64,000 nucleotides of DNA from Chamaesiphon sp. Lineage in GTDB: Bacteria > Cyanobacteriota > Cyanobacteriia > Cyanobacteriales > Chamaesiphonaceae. Below are positions 19,715-29,777 of the stretch, piece by piece (position 1 is the stretch's first letter; each line of letters starts with the position of its first letter). Both the position numbers and the translations under genes were made by a program. The stretch spans positions 32,001 through 96,000 of the forward strand of contig CBDFFH010000012.1 of NCBI GenBank assembly GCA_965246715.1, in the 5' to 3' direction. The notes below the pieces were generated by a model. The model searched no databases. It had not been told where the DNA came from and saw only the letters and a program-made list of their open reading frames with translations.

Positions 19715-20777
19715 AGTTAATGCGCTTGAGTGAGACTGGCACAAACCTTTGACCTGTAGGTGTCGGGATGCGGAGCGTAATGTTATCGCGATCGATACAA
19801 CTATAAGATAACTTGACTGGTGGTGCATCGCGATCTCCAAAAATGAGAAATAGTCGCTCGCCCGTCAGCTTGAGATTTGCACCAAGATTTAATTTATTAG
19901 TCAATCGTTGATAGCCTTGCGAATTAAACGTTAAAGTACTGTCCGAGTTACTTTGAAATCTCGCCGAGGCATTACCAGTCAAACCGACACCGATCCGATC
20001 GAGTTTCGCTCCCGTCTGTTTGACTCTTAAGGTATATCTTTGCTCGAAATCGAACGCTTCAAATGAGGCATTGCCATCACGGTTGAGGGTGACTTTTGCA
20101 TAACCGATCGTTTGCGGATCGGTAACTTTCGCCTGAGTAAAAGTTTGGATCGTTGGCAGCCAATAAGCACTTAAACTAGCAACTTGCCAAGTCCCGACAT
20201 AGCAATATGGCTCGCCAGTGGGCGGTGGTGGCGCATCGACAGTGGGGGCGGCGGATGGCTTGGGGATGGGCTGCGCCTGAGCCGTTAATTTATTAACAGA
20301 AGTGGGGCGGAGGACGAGCGTCGGCTTATTGGTAGGGCTGGGTTTGCCAGTGACAGTCAGGTCGTACTGTTGGCCGTTACTCGGATTGCTAGTAGTCAGG
20401 CAGAGCTGCGAGGCATCGCTGAGAATCGGGAAACTAAACCGCGATGTGCCAGGATTATCCCCATTACCAGACTGGGGATTGTTGACATCGTTGTGGAAAA
20501 ATCTTAAGGCTTTGGTTTTGTCATAGACGGCAAACTTCAGAATGCCCACGCCGTCAGTTTTGACATTTAGCGTAATCCGCGTGTTTGGTTTGACTGCTAA
20601 TTTATAACAGATTTCTCCCTGGGGATTGGTCGGCGACGACGATAGCTTACCAGAATAGGTTTTGCCTAATGTCATTGGCAACAGTGGTGTCGCATCGACA
20701 GCAATTGCCGCGATGGGACGAGCGACCAGAACGAACAGCGGCAAGATCCGCAGGAGAGATAATGGAAATTTAGGCAT
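19713..20777 (-). CDS. Hypothetical secreted two-domain protein with Pro-rich linker
   Basis: Likely start MPKF at 20777; signal peptide ending AIA; beta-rich domains; PPPP linker. Confidence 0.7.
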   Translation of the reverse strand: MPKFPLSLLRILPLFVLVARPIAAIAVDATPLLPMTLGKTYSGKLSSSPTNPQGEICYKLAVKPNTRITLNVKTDGVGILKFAVYDKTKALRFFHNDVNNPQSGNGDNPGTSRFSFPILSDASQLCLTTSNPSNGQQYDLTVTGKPSPTNKPTLVLRPTSVNKLTAQAQPIPKPSAAPTVDAPPPPTGEPYCYVGTWQVASLSAYWLPTIQTFTQAKVTDPQTIGYAKVTLNRDGNASFEAFDFEQRYTLRVKQTGAKLDRIGVGLTGNASARFQSNSDSTLTFNSQGYQRLTNKLNLGANLKLTGERLFLIFGDRDAPPVKLSYSCIDRDNITLRIPTPTGQRFVPVSLKRIN

Positions 20778-20936
20778 AGATTGCACCCGATCGTAAGATT
20801 GAGTTCGCCAGCTTAGCTTTAAACCGAGCTGGAGTATAGACAAACAAGTCGATCGATTGCCAGCAACGACACGACCGCATAATTACATATTTCCCAATTT
20901 CAACTACAAACTAACCGCTAATTTACAAAAAATTTA

Positions 20937-21809
20937 CTATATCGGTTGACTCAGATCGCTCGCAGCCAATGAAATTTCCATGCCTTCCCATGCTACTACC
21001 GATCGGGGAAAGGCTTGCGATGCCGCAATCCCGATCTCATCCATAAAGCAATCATCATGACTGGGATCGTGATGAAAAATGACCAACTGCTTGACGTTAG
21101 CAGCTTGGGCGAGTTTGACCCCTTCTTGCCAGGTCGAATGACCCCAGCCGATCTTCGAAGTTTGGGGATCGTAATACTCTTCATCGGTGTAAGTAGAGTC
21201 ATAAATCAGTACGTCAGCACGATCTGCTAATGTCAAAACATTGCGATCGAGTTCGTCCTTAAAATGCTCGGTATCGGTAATATACGCTACTGCTCGATCC
21301 TGCCAACTTACCCGATAACCCATCGCTTTGCCGGGATGATTTAATAATCCCGTCTGGATGGTGACATCACCCAACTTTGTGCTGCTACCATATTCTAAAT
21401 TGTGAAACCGGAGATTGGCACCCATTACCTGTAACGGTACCGGAAAATTAGGCTGCATCATTTGCTCGCGCAGCCGTTGCTCGATTGTCATGCCATTGGG
21501 AATTACCCCACCATAAATATCAAACTCATTTCCTTCCATAAATGCTGGCGAAAAGAACGGAAAGCCCTGAATGTGATCCCAATGCGAATGCGAGAAAAAT
21601 AAATGACCGCTGACGGGCAGATAATCTAATAATGCTTGGCCTAAAACATGAATCCCCGTGCCCGCATCAAAAATCAAGCGATGACCCCCCACTAACATTT
21701 CCACACAGGGCGTATTGCCACCGTATCTTACGGTAGCGGCTCCCGGACAGGCAATACTACCGCGTACCCCCCAGAAATGAATTTTGAATTGGTCTGCCAG
21801 TATGGACAT
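20937..21809 (-). CDS. MBL-fold metallo-hydrolase (RNase Z/phosphodiesterase-like)
   Basis: FWGVRGS, YGGNTPC, DAGTG, SHSHWDHIQG, WGHS and FHHDP motifs. Confidence 0.9.
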   Translation of the reverse strand: MSILADQFKIHFWGVRGSIACPGAATVRYGGNTPCVEMLVGGHRLIFDAGTGIHVLGQALLDYLPVSGHLFFSHSHWDHIQGFPFFSPAFMEGNEFDIYGGVIPNGMTIEQRLREQMMQPNFPVPLQVMGANLRFHNLEYGSSTKLGDVTIQTGLLNHPGKAMGYRVSWQDRAVAYITDTEHFKDELDRNVLTLADRADVLIYDSTYTDEEYYDPQTSKIGWGHSTWQEGVKLAQAANVKQLVIFHHDPSHDDCFMDEIGIAASQAFPRSVVAWEGMEISLAASDLSQPI

Positions 21810-22076
21810 GGATGAAAAGATGAATAATTTCTGATGGGACGGTTTGACGTTCGTCAGTCAGGACTTAGGCCGATACTGTTTAGTGATGCGCTCGCAACAT
21901 TTTAGCCAAGGCGCCACTCTACTCGATCGAGATGGTAGTTTGGGTGCGGGGTTACTTCATCAAGCTGTGACAGCCAGAGCGCTAATTATGTGTCACCACA
22001 CGCGCAATCTCTGCAGTATCAGTTATTATGCCCAAAAAATAAACAGCGATCGTGAGTCATTCCACGCCAATTGCAA

Positions 22077-23423
22077 TTAGAGCGTGTAGGTAAAATCCTC
22101 AATCAGCAAGCCAGGTACCCAACTACCACCTAATTGCCGACTGCCATAGGTATCGACATCGGCAATAAATTCGAGCCAGGTTGTGAGTGCGGTCAGATTT
22201 TCTCCCCAGCAACGGTAGAGACTTTCATCAAAGCGTAAATTGGCGATCGGTGCAACGATCTCACCCCGTTCGACCCAGAAACAGGCATAGCGAGTCATCC
22301 CCGTTACCCGACCAGTCGGCCGATCGCTCCAATTGAGATAATGTAAATTGGATAAATACAATCCGGTATCCAAACTCGCCAAAATTCGATCGGTCGTCAG
22401 CTCGCCAGCCGCAATTTCTGCCGAGCGCAATGATTCGCTGCGATTTGCACCATTAGCTGGCTTTTGATACTCTTTAGCCGTGCGGGCATTAACCAGTGTA
22501 TTCGCCAAGCGACCGCGATCGATTAACGTGAGATTAGCTGGCGCGATTTCCCCCAGTTCGTTAAATCGCGGTACCAATCCCCGTTGGAAATTTTCCGAGA
22601 TCGTTAATTTAGGCGATAGTTGCTGCTCGCCGCGTTGCAGTGCCCCAAAACAGCTCCGCCCTTGCTGCAATGCTGCCTCGCTAATCCCCCCCCACGACAA
22701 CATCCCTAACAAGTCAGCAGTTGCCGCTGGAGCCAGATAGGTACGATATTTGCCCCGCTCGATCGTCTTGAGGGGTTGTGCCAATCGCGTCAGTTGCGTT
22801 TTGGACTCAGCGATTTTGGCTTGATAAGCATCCCGATCCCAGTGACTGCCAGCGAGCGTCCCTTTCACTGCTTGTCCGGTACTCGTAAATAGCGAATAAT
22901 CCAGGGTATAAGAATCAGTCGCAAACCAGTGTTTTTGACCGCTACTATCGGCATAGCCGCGCATCATCATCCCCGCTGCATACAAACCAGTAAAATCTAG
23001 TCCATGAACTATCGGTAATAGTGCACCAACAACCTCCGCATCTGGCAATAATTCCCCGCCATGAATTTCTCGGCTGGTAGCAGTTCCAGTCGGTAGTACT
23101 AGATAAGGATCGATCGGCAACTGTGGCACTTCTGCACGCAATGATGTCAACGCCGCGAATGCTTGTGGCAGGTCGAGATCGACATCGCCAGTAAAGGGAA
23201 ATTCGATCGAACTACTCCGCTGCTGCGCGATCAGTTTCAACTGCAGGCTGCCATCGCGCACGATCCCAGTCTGGCGGACTTTGGCATGATTGAACCGCGT
23301 AAACTGACTGACTTCTCCCTGTAGCCGGAGAGTAAATTGCTCGTCAGAGTGTAAACTCTGGAGCAAGCCAGCCAACACTCGATCGAAACTAGCTTCGATA
23401 TGGTCGATCGCGGAATTTAACAT
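22077..23423 (-). CDS. TldD/PmbA family protein (PmbA/TldE-like subunit)
   Basis: RFNHAKVRQ, G.YRTYLAP.A, LHYLNWSD, TGMTR and NLRFDES motifs; no HExxH. Confidence 0.85.
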   Translation of the reverse strand: MLNSAIDHIEASFDRVLAGLLQSLHSDEQFTLRLQGEVSQFTRFNHAKVRQTGIVRDGSLQLKLIAQQRSSSIEFPFTGDVDLDLPQAFAALTSLRAEVPQLPIDPYLVLPTGTATSREIHGGELLPDAEVVGALLPIVHGLDFTGLYAAGMMMRGYADSSGQKHWFATDSYTLDYSLFTSTGQAVKGTLAGSHWDRDAYQAKIAESKTQLTRLAQPLKTIERGKYRTYLAPAATADLLGMLSWGGISEAALQQGRSCFGALQRGEQQLSPKLTISENFQRGLVPRFNELGEIAPANLTLIDRGRLANTLVNARTAKEYQKPANGANRSESLRSAEIAAGELTTDRILASLDTGLYLSNLHYLNWSDRPTGRVTGMTRYACFWVERGEIVAPIANLRFDESLYRCWGENLTALTTWLEFIADVDTYGSRQLGGSWVPGLLIEDFTYTL

Positions 23424-23689
23424 GAAATTGATGAAGATCGGACGCAGTGACTACCAGCAGCAAATTAGCTACCTACCCATTAGTTTACAATAGTTCACTG
23501 TTTGTTAATTATATCTATCAATACTCAGAAGCTACTCTCAATCTTATCAACATTGTTTGCAATTGCTAGACACGCAGAATTTAGGTGATAAATTAATAGA
23601 TAGGAAGCAATAGAGCTTCGCTCGATAGATCGTTACAGTTCAGTCTAGATCTTAATCTAAGAGGAAAGAAAAATCTGTTTTCAATTACT

Positions 23690-23870
23690 TTCTGTACATC
23701 TGTCTCATCTCAACTGCAAAAGCAACACCAATACCCAGCCTAAATATCTCTAATCCTGTCAATTCGGGAGCCATCCACTACAAGGCTAGTGCAACTCCAC
23801 ATTTTGTCACTAAGAGTAAAGAGATCCCTTAACGGTTGCCATCGAGGTGTTGCTTTTGCTATGTAAGTAG
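23690..23870 (-). ncRNA. ssrS: Probable 6S RNA; ends approximate
   Basis: Perfect 14-bp closing stem GCAAAAGCAACACC (23716-29 / 23846-59). Internal minus-strand GATGGCAACCGT..CTCTTTACTCT..GGAGTTGCACTAGCC..GGCTCCCGAA resembles cyanobacterial 6S RNA as I recall it. Confidence 0.75.
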
Positions 23871-24007
23871 ATTGCAATAGAGCTAGATCGAGTTAAGATC
23901 GGTAAGATATTTCGATCGCCAACAGTAATTGATGTAAAAAGTTTCAAGTATTAATTTTGGGACACTGGCTGGTCTAATTTCATAATTTATAATTCATAAT
24001 TCACCCG

Positions 24008-24979
24008 ATGTCTGTAATTTGTTTGGGAGAAACTCTCATCGATCTGTTGGCAAATCAACTCGGGCTGCCACTTGCCGCAGTAACTAGCTGGACACCTTAT
24101 CCTGGCGGCGCACCGACGAATGTTGCTTGTGGCTTGGTAAAATTAGGCACGCCTACTGCTTTAATCGGTTGTTTGGGTAGTGATGCGGTCGGTACGAATT
24201 TAACAAGATTATTGACTGAGATCGGTGTCGATCTGACTGGATTAGAACAGCACCCAACCGCACCAACCAGACAAATATATGTGACGAGATCGATCGATGG
24301 CGATCGCACTTTTGCTGGATTTATTGATGATATCCCCACCGAGCTATTTGCCGATGCCCTCTTAAATGCCGATCGGATTGCCGAATCATTGTTTATTAAC
24401 GCGAAGTTACTGGCGATCGGGACGATTAGTTTAGCTTATCCAGCAAGCTATCAAGCTACTTATCGAGCCTTAGAATTAGCGCGTAAATATCAGCTGCAAG
24501 TATTTGTCGATGTCAATTGGCGATCGATGTTTTGGGACGATTTCGATCGCGCTAAATTTGAAATTTATGATGTTTTAGATCGGGCTGATTTTATCAAGAT
24601 GTCCGATGAAGAAGCACAATGGTTGTATGGATCGATCGAACCACGGATAATTCGCGATCGACTGCCAAATTGTCAAGGGATTTTTATTACGGCTGGAGCT
24701 AAGGGCTGCGATTATTTATTGGCCGATCGATCGGGTTTTATCCCCTCTTTCGATGTACCGGCGATCGATACAACTGGTGCAGGGGACAGTTTTGTAGCAG
24801 CTTGTATCGATCGATTAGTCAGACTCGGGCGCGAGGGCGTTCAAAGTGCCGAGACAGCAGCTAATTTAGTTAAATATGCCTCTGCCGCCGGAGCTTTAAC
24901 AACCCTCGCCCCAGGTGCGATCGATGCGCAACCTACACCTGCAGAAGTAGTAAAATTTCTAGCAGCAAATATTACTTGA
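24008..24979 (+). CDS. PfkB family carbohydrate kinase (fructokinase-like)
   Basis: PGGAPTNVA, DVNWR and DTTGAGDSF signatures. Confidence 0.92.
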   Translation: MSVICLGETLIDLLANQLGLPLAAVTSWTPYPGGAPTNVACGLVKLGTPTALIGCLGSDAVGTNLTRLLTEIGVDLTGLEQHPTAPTRQIYVTRSIDGDRTFAGFIDDIPTELFADALLNADRIAESLFINAKLLAIGTISLAYPASYQATYRALELARKYQLQVFVDVNWRSMFWDDFDRAKFEIYDVLDRADFIKMSDEEAQWLYGSIEPRIIRDRLPNCQGIFITAGAKGCDYLLADRSGFIPSFDVPAIDTTGAGDSFVAACIDRLVRLGREGVQSAETAANLVKYASAAGALTTLAPGAIDAQPTPAEVVKFLAANIT

Positions 24980-25152
24980 GATAGACATATCCCCGATTGT
25001 CTTGTCGAAATTGGATGACGCGGAAATCTTCCCACATTGCGTCTCTTCTTCGAGAAATTCGTAAGATGCCCAGACCGATCTAATAGTTATTAGCTTCAAG
25101 AAAAAAAGCGATTTAACATGGAGCGAACCGCAGCAAAAAAGTAAATTTATAT

Positions 25153-25551
25153 TTATCGATCGCTGTTAAAATTATTAATCTCGCAACTAGCTAAAGGCTT
25201 GCCATTAATAAAATGACTGTCAACAATTGCTGGAATATCGGTAGGTTTGAGCTGGCAGTATAAATAACGACTGGGAAAAAACTTGCGGCGAATTTTTAGC
25301 CGGAAATCGATCGGGAGCCAGCGCAGATCGACGAGATGCGGTTGATATACTAGTGCTACAGCACCAGCAGCACAATGATTTAGGCAACCCGACTGGCGAA
25401 CTTCAACGCGATCGGTTAATTGTCGAGCGGTAATTTCAGCTTGCAAGGCATGATAAATCTCGATCGCGCCGACACTCCCACAACAGCCCTGGGGCGCAGC
25501 GACAGTCGGCTGCTTGGTACAAACAAAAACACAATATTTGGTTGAATTCAT
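25153..25551 (-). CDS. Thioredoxin-like (2Fe-2S) ferredoxin
   Basis: VFVC..GCC..SGCLNHC..G and IVDSHF..GKP motifs; likely start MNSTK at 25551. Confidence 0.8.
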   Translation of the reverse strand: MNSTKYCVFVCTKQPTVAAPQGCCGSVGAIEIYHALQAEITARQLTDRVEVRQSGCLNHCAAGAVALVYQPHLVDLRWLPIDFRLKIRRKFFPSRYLYCQLKPTDIPAIVDSHFINGKPLASCEINNFNSDR

Positions 25552-25659
25552 GGATTTTGACAACCTTAGGAATGATGGCAATCGTTTGGATGAGTGTTGA
25601 CCTCGAACCGCTACTATCTATCCTACTGCTAGAAAACGTTTCCACAATGGAGAAGATCG

Positions 25660-25888
25660 GTGATATCCATCGTCGGACGTGACTCCGAAATATTCCACAC
25701 TCGCAGCATTAGTCCTCCCTTGAGCACGAACTGTCTGGCATAGGGAGATTGTGACAAGCGGTACAAGAACCGTTCCATCCCATAGTACTGAAGGAGTTCG
25801 TTAAACGGACGGCGATGCAAGCTTTGGCTTGATTCAGGAGCCGTTGCCGCACTGAAGCTGCAATATTCTTCATCGGTTGCTCGGTCAT
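25660..25888 (-). pseudogene. AbiEii-type nucleotidyltransferase toxin, frameshifted 5' fragment
   Basis: MKNIAASVRQRLLNQAK, frameshift, then RPFNELLQYYGMERFLYRLSQS..FVLKGG..RPTMDI, then truncated. Confidence 0.8.
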
Positions 25889-26024
25889 AGCATCACTTCT
25901 AGGTAAGGTTTAATTACCGTTCCCACGCGGCAAATTTGGGCATATTCTAAAATCAGCGCAAAGTTAGCCCGTTTCCGCTCCTTGTAGAGTTCTAAAGCCT
26001 CCAAAAACACATCCATCCCGATTT
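25885..26024 (-). pseudogene. AbiEi-type antitoxin, 3' fragment
   Basis: IGMDVFLEALELYKERKRANFALILEYAQICRVGTVIKPYLEVML*, with ATGA overlap into abiEii. Confidence 0.75.
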
Positions 26025-26027
26025 AAA

Positions 26028-26235
26028 GCTTTCTTCCAATCTCTGATAAAACTTTTACTTACGCCTAATATTTGGGTTATTATTCGATAATAAATGAAAC
26101 ACTTGACCGTGCATCTCTAGGTAAATGTTTGAGGATTTGAGCTTCTACATCCATTACTCTAACTCCTTTTCAGGGATTTTTAACGGGTCTCATGGGTATT
26201 TGGTGATAAGCGTTACTTGTATTAAGTCGTGTAAC
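26028..26235 (-). mobile_element. Transposase remnants (IS701-like N-terminus plus IS630-like HTH fragment)
   Basis: MDVEAQILKHLPRDARSSV from ATG 26154, then QILGVSKSFIRDWKKA. Family calls are from recall. Confidence 0.5.
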
Positions 26236-26426
26236 GCTTTCAAGACCGATCGCTGCCGAAAACCGTAGCCTAAGATACATTTTCTACCACAAACCCAGGA
26301 GAGCCGGTGAATCAAATTGGTCGCGCAGTTCGGTCATCAGTGTCATAAGTAGAGATGGCTGTAATAACTTTACCATCGCTGGTGAAAGGAGCGATCGACA
26401 GCAATTAAATTATACTCGATCGATAT

Positions 26427-26660
26427 TTAAGTTTGAGCACCAACGCGACCATCTTTATGCTGGCATTCACAGGTCGATCCAGTTTCGCTCGGCCAAGCAG
26501 ACCAGCGCATCAGGTCTTTTTGAAACCGAATATGGTCGTAAACTTGCGTGACAGCAGCATCGATCGTAATTTCTTCTCTGTACTTAACAAACTTGGGAGT
26601 AAGAAAAACAACAACTGCGATCGCCACCGCAATGACTAGGGTAATGGTTAATAACTCCAT
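26427..26660 (-). pseudogene. Truncated SRPBCC (polyketide cyclase-like) protein
   Basis: TM helix, then REEITIDA...VYD...WSAW...DG.VGA; stops after 77 aa. Confidence 0.6.
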
Positions 26661-26715
26661 GACTGATTCCTTAAATGATGAGTTGCATAACAAATCTCGT
26701 TCATCTAGAATATAG

Positions 26716-27060
26716 GTGAATGATTTACGCTGCCTCAATTTGCTCGAACATGGTTCGATTACTCCGACTTATATTGCCACAGCTCTGGACTTGACCAGTG
26801 GTAGTGTTACGGCACCGATCGATCGTCTGGAAACAAAAGGAGTAGTCGAGCGGATGCGCGATCCAAATGACAGCCGCAGCATCTTTGTCGCTGCGACTCC
26901 CAAAGTATTTCAAAATCTTGGCGCAATCTACGGTTTATTTGCTAGCGAGCTACGCCTTACCATTTGTAATTACTCAGACACCGATCGAGCTTTCGCAATT
27001 CGGCACGTACTAGATTTGACTCAAACCTGTTTGAATGTGGTCGATCGGATCGAAGGATAA
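26716..27060 (+). pseudogene. MarR family regulator, probably 5'-truncated
   Basis: DLRCLNLL..G.ITP..IA....LTSGSVT..IDRLE.KG.V.R..DP.D.R; lacks the first helix and starts only about 55 bp from the divergent SRPBCC start. Confidence 0.7.
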
Positions 27061-27410
27061 AATTTACCACAATTATTTACTAGTAAATTAATTTGAGATC
27101 GATCTGCTTGAGTTATGGGTGATAGCGGGGCGGAATTCTTGAGTATCGATCGATAGGTGGTTAGTTATAATTTGAAGTATGACATGGCGATTGAGTGCGA
27201 AAGGGCAAATTTACTCGGCTCTGTGTTGGCGATCTCTATTAGAAATTTATCATCGGATTGCGATGTCGGCTTTGAATCTGCACCAAAAAATACTTGTTTT
27301 TCAGTGCAATTGCTAATTATATCGATCAACCCGATCTCACCACGATTGGCACGCCACCGCCCGATTCGATTCACTGCCAGATCCCATACAATCTCCGAAA
27401 TCCTGGAGAT

Positions 27411-28802
27411 TTAGTGGATGGGGTGGTGAGAAGTAATGCTCAGACTCGTACTTAATACCCGCAAAAGAATACGCGGGTGAAATAGACTCCTGGGAGGAGC
27501 GATAAGATTGGCTACCCTAAAAAATTCCGCACAGACAATGCGATCGCGCAGAGTTGCCCGATGAACTAGTGCTATATATCGATTAATTAAATCGATGCCA
27601 AAAGGTTTTGGTCCGGTTGTTTGGGGAAAGCGAAAATCTTCGCCCACGGCTAGCTGCCAAGGAATATCGATAAATTTAGCAATCCGTCGGAAAAAAGTCC
27701 GCGCCAATCGCTCTGGGGGTAAATTTTCTGCCAACAGTCGATCGAGTTCTACTGCTTCTAGCGCTGCTACCGTCATGCCCTGTCCGTAGGTGGGGTTAAA
27801 ACTACAGGCAGCATCGCCCACAACTAGATAGCCTGCGGGAAATTGACTTAGGCGTTCGTAGTGCCGTCGCATGCTAAAGGGAAACTTAAAGGGGATAATA
27901 TCTGAAAGCGGTTCGGACTGACCGATCAGATCGTAGATATCCGAAGCTGGGAGGCTATGGGCAAATTCGAGAAAATCATTTTCATCGGTTGGGGCGCTAT
28001 CGCTATGCCAACCACCTAGCACTACCATCCACCGATCTCCTTCGATCGGCACTATGCCACCAAAATGATGTTCCTGCGGTGCTTCAGGCGTACAAAAGAA
28101 CAACGTTTGGCTGCTGGGATCGTTTGGATTGCGGCGGTACAGGCGCGTGGAATAGCCCACATTTACCTCTACCTTACTTTCTGGGGGCGATTCGTAGCCC
28201 AAATCTTTCAACCACTGCGGCGTGTGCGAGTTCCGCCCAGTTGCATCGACTACCAGATCGGCTGTCAGGGACACAGTAACAGGTTCGGATTGGTATTGTG
28301 CGATTATTACCCCGATGACGCGTTCGCAAAGCGTCTTCTTTGCAGAATCGCCTTCGGATGTAGTTACCAATTGTTTGACAGTAGCTCGATCGATTAGTTC
28401 GACTTGAGGTAATGCGAGCACGCGCTGGCGGAGGAGATATTCTAAGAGGGGACGACTCATGCTCGCTCCACGCAAACTACTAGCAAATCTCTGGCGATAA
28501 CCTCCATATGTATACCAGTGCAGATCCTCGATGAGATCGATCGACACTGCCCCATTATCAGCTAGAGCTTGGGGTAGGTCAGGGAAGTAATCGGTCATAA
28601 TTTTTAGCCCCGTAGCTAGTAGCAAGTGTAAATGACGGGTTTGGGGCTGTCCGGGACGCGATTCGGGTTGGTGGTTGACTCGATCCTTTTCAATTATGGT
28701 TACGCGATCGAAGTACTTACTCAATACGCAGGCGGTTAACAATCCACCCATACTACCGCCCAAGACAATAGCGTGCTGACGATTGGCTGTGACTAGAGAC
28801 AT
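27411..28802 (-). CDS. FAD-dependent oxidoreductase/monooxygenase
   Basis: AIVLGGSMGGL, DLVVDATGR and GDAACSFNPTYGQGMT motifs. Confidence 0.9.
   Translation of the reverse strand: MSLVTANRQHAIVLGGSMGGLLTACVLSKYFDRVTIIEKDRVNHQPESRPGQPQTRHLHLLLATGLKIMTDYFPDLPQALADNGAVSIDLIEDLHWYTYGGYRQRFASSLRGASMSRPLLEYLLRQRVLALPQVELIDRATVKQLVTTSEGDSAKKTLCERVIGVIIAQYQSEPVTVSLTADLVVDATGRNSHTPQWLKDLGYESPPESKVEVNVGYSTRLYRRNPNDPSSQTLFFCTPEAPQEHHFGGIVPIEGDRWMVVLGGWHSDSAPTDENDFLEFAHSLPASDIYDLIGQSEPLSDIIPFKFPFSMRRHYERLSQFPAGYLVVGDAACSFNPTYGQGMTVAALEAVELDRLLAENLPPERLARTFFRRIAKFIDIPWQLAVGEDFRFPQTTGPKPFGIDLINRYIALVHRATLRDRIVCAEFFRVANLIAPPRSLFHPRILLRVLSTSLSITSHHPIH
28323..28346. repeat. 24-nt SDR5-like element inside a HIP1 site, in frame
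   Basis: GCG|TTCGCAAAGCGTCTTCTTTGCAGA|ATCGC; removal restores GCGATCGC and EGDRVIG. Confidence 0.8.
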
Positions 28803-28913
28803 AGAACACCTTCCAGATCGAATAAAATTGCTATAGATCGTCTACTTACTGTTCGACTATTCCATCGAGATTCAGCAACGCCCAATTTTACTAGTAACTC
28901 GATTTACGCCAAG

Positions 28914-29303
28914 CTAGCTTGGTTCGGATTTCCATTGGCAAGCTGCTGTAATTTGCCCTGGTAAGATTAGACAATCGAATGGTTTCAAGATTGTTTCCAC
29001 CACCCCTTGTTTGAATAGCCATTCTCGATTTAGTCGCGAAGCGAGTGCCGAGAGAATGATGACTGGAATAGTTTGTGTAGATCGATCGGCTTGAAGCTGC
29101 CGCAATACTTCCATTCCATCCATTTGTGGCATAGATAGATCGAGCACGATCGCATCTGGATGCTCTTGAACTGCTTTATCCAATCCTTCTTTACCCGATC
29201 CTGCTTCGATCGCATCGAATTTGCCCAGTTCGCACAAACAAATACAGACAATTTCCCTAACATAAGGGTCGTCGTCGATAACTAGAATGCGTTTATTCGA
29301 CAC
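28914..29303 (-). CDS. Single-domain response regulator
   Basis: ILVIDDD, LDLSMPQMDG, ILSA and KPF motifs. Confidence 0.92.
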   Translation of the reverse strand: MSNKRILVIDDDPYVREIVCICLCELGKFDAIEAGSGKEGLDKAVQEHPDAIVLDLSMPQMDGMEVLRQLQADRSTQTIPVIILSALASRLNREWLFKQGVVETILKPFDCLILPGQITAACQWKSEPS

Positions 29304-29777
29304 CTCTTTTCCTCACAACCGACAAGAATAACTTAAAAATAAATAATCAGTTATCTATTTCTACTTTTATTTTGAATCAAGAGTGTGAGGAAGTTGTGAG
29401 GGGTTAAATTTATAAGTAGAAAATAGTTCAACTAAATAATTATTTTATAATTCGATCGACTCTGAAGTACACCAGACCTGGCAGTTGGATCTGTTCTAAT
29501 CGAGCCTAGTGAATTATACTCAACTACTGATATTACTTTGATTCGATCCGGCGATCGGTATTTGACCAGATCGATCGATACAATAATTTATATTTCGATA
29601 AGTTTGAATAACAAGACATTCGCGTCAGTAAATCTGCTGGAATTTTGGGGTCGCTAGACACCGAATCGAGAAACCCGTAAACTACTTATATCAGACAGAT
29701 TCAATCTATTTAATCTTTCGATCGAGCCGGAGAATTTACAGGACTTTTAAAGATCGCCCTTCATTCCCAAGTCATGT

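Noticed and set aside
18797..23423. ATP-grasp and PmbA/TldE genes as maturases for the ING-repeat protein
   Set aside because: They are 8-12 kb away, separated by housekeeping genes, with no TldD partner and no graspetide-like acidic cores.
27165..27374. 69-aa minus-strand ORF after the FAD oxidoreductase
   Set aside because: No recognisable motif; it may be a gene fragment but I cannot support a call.
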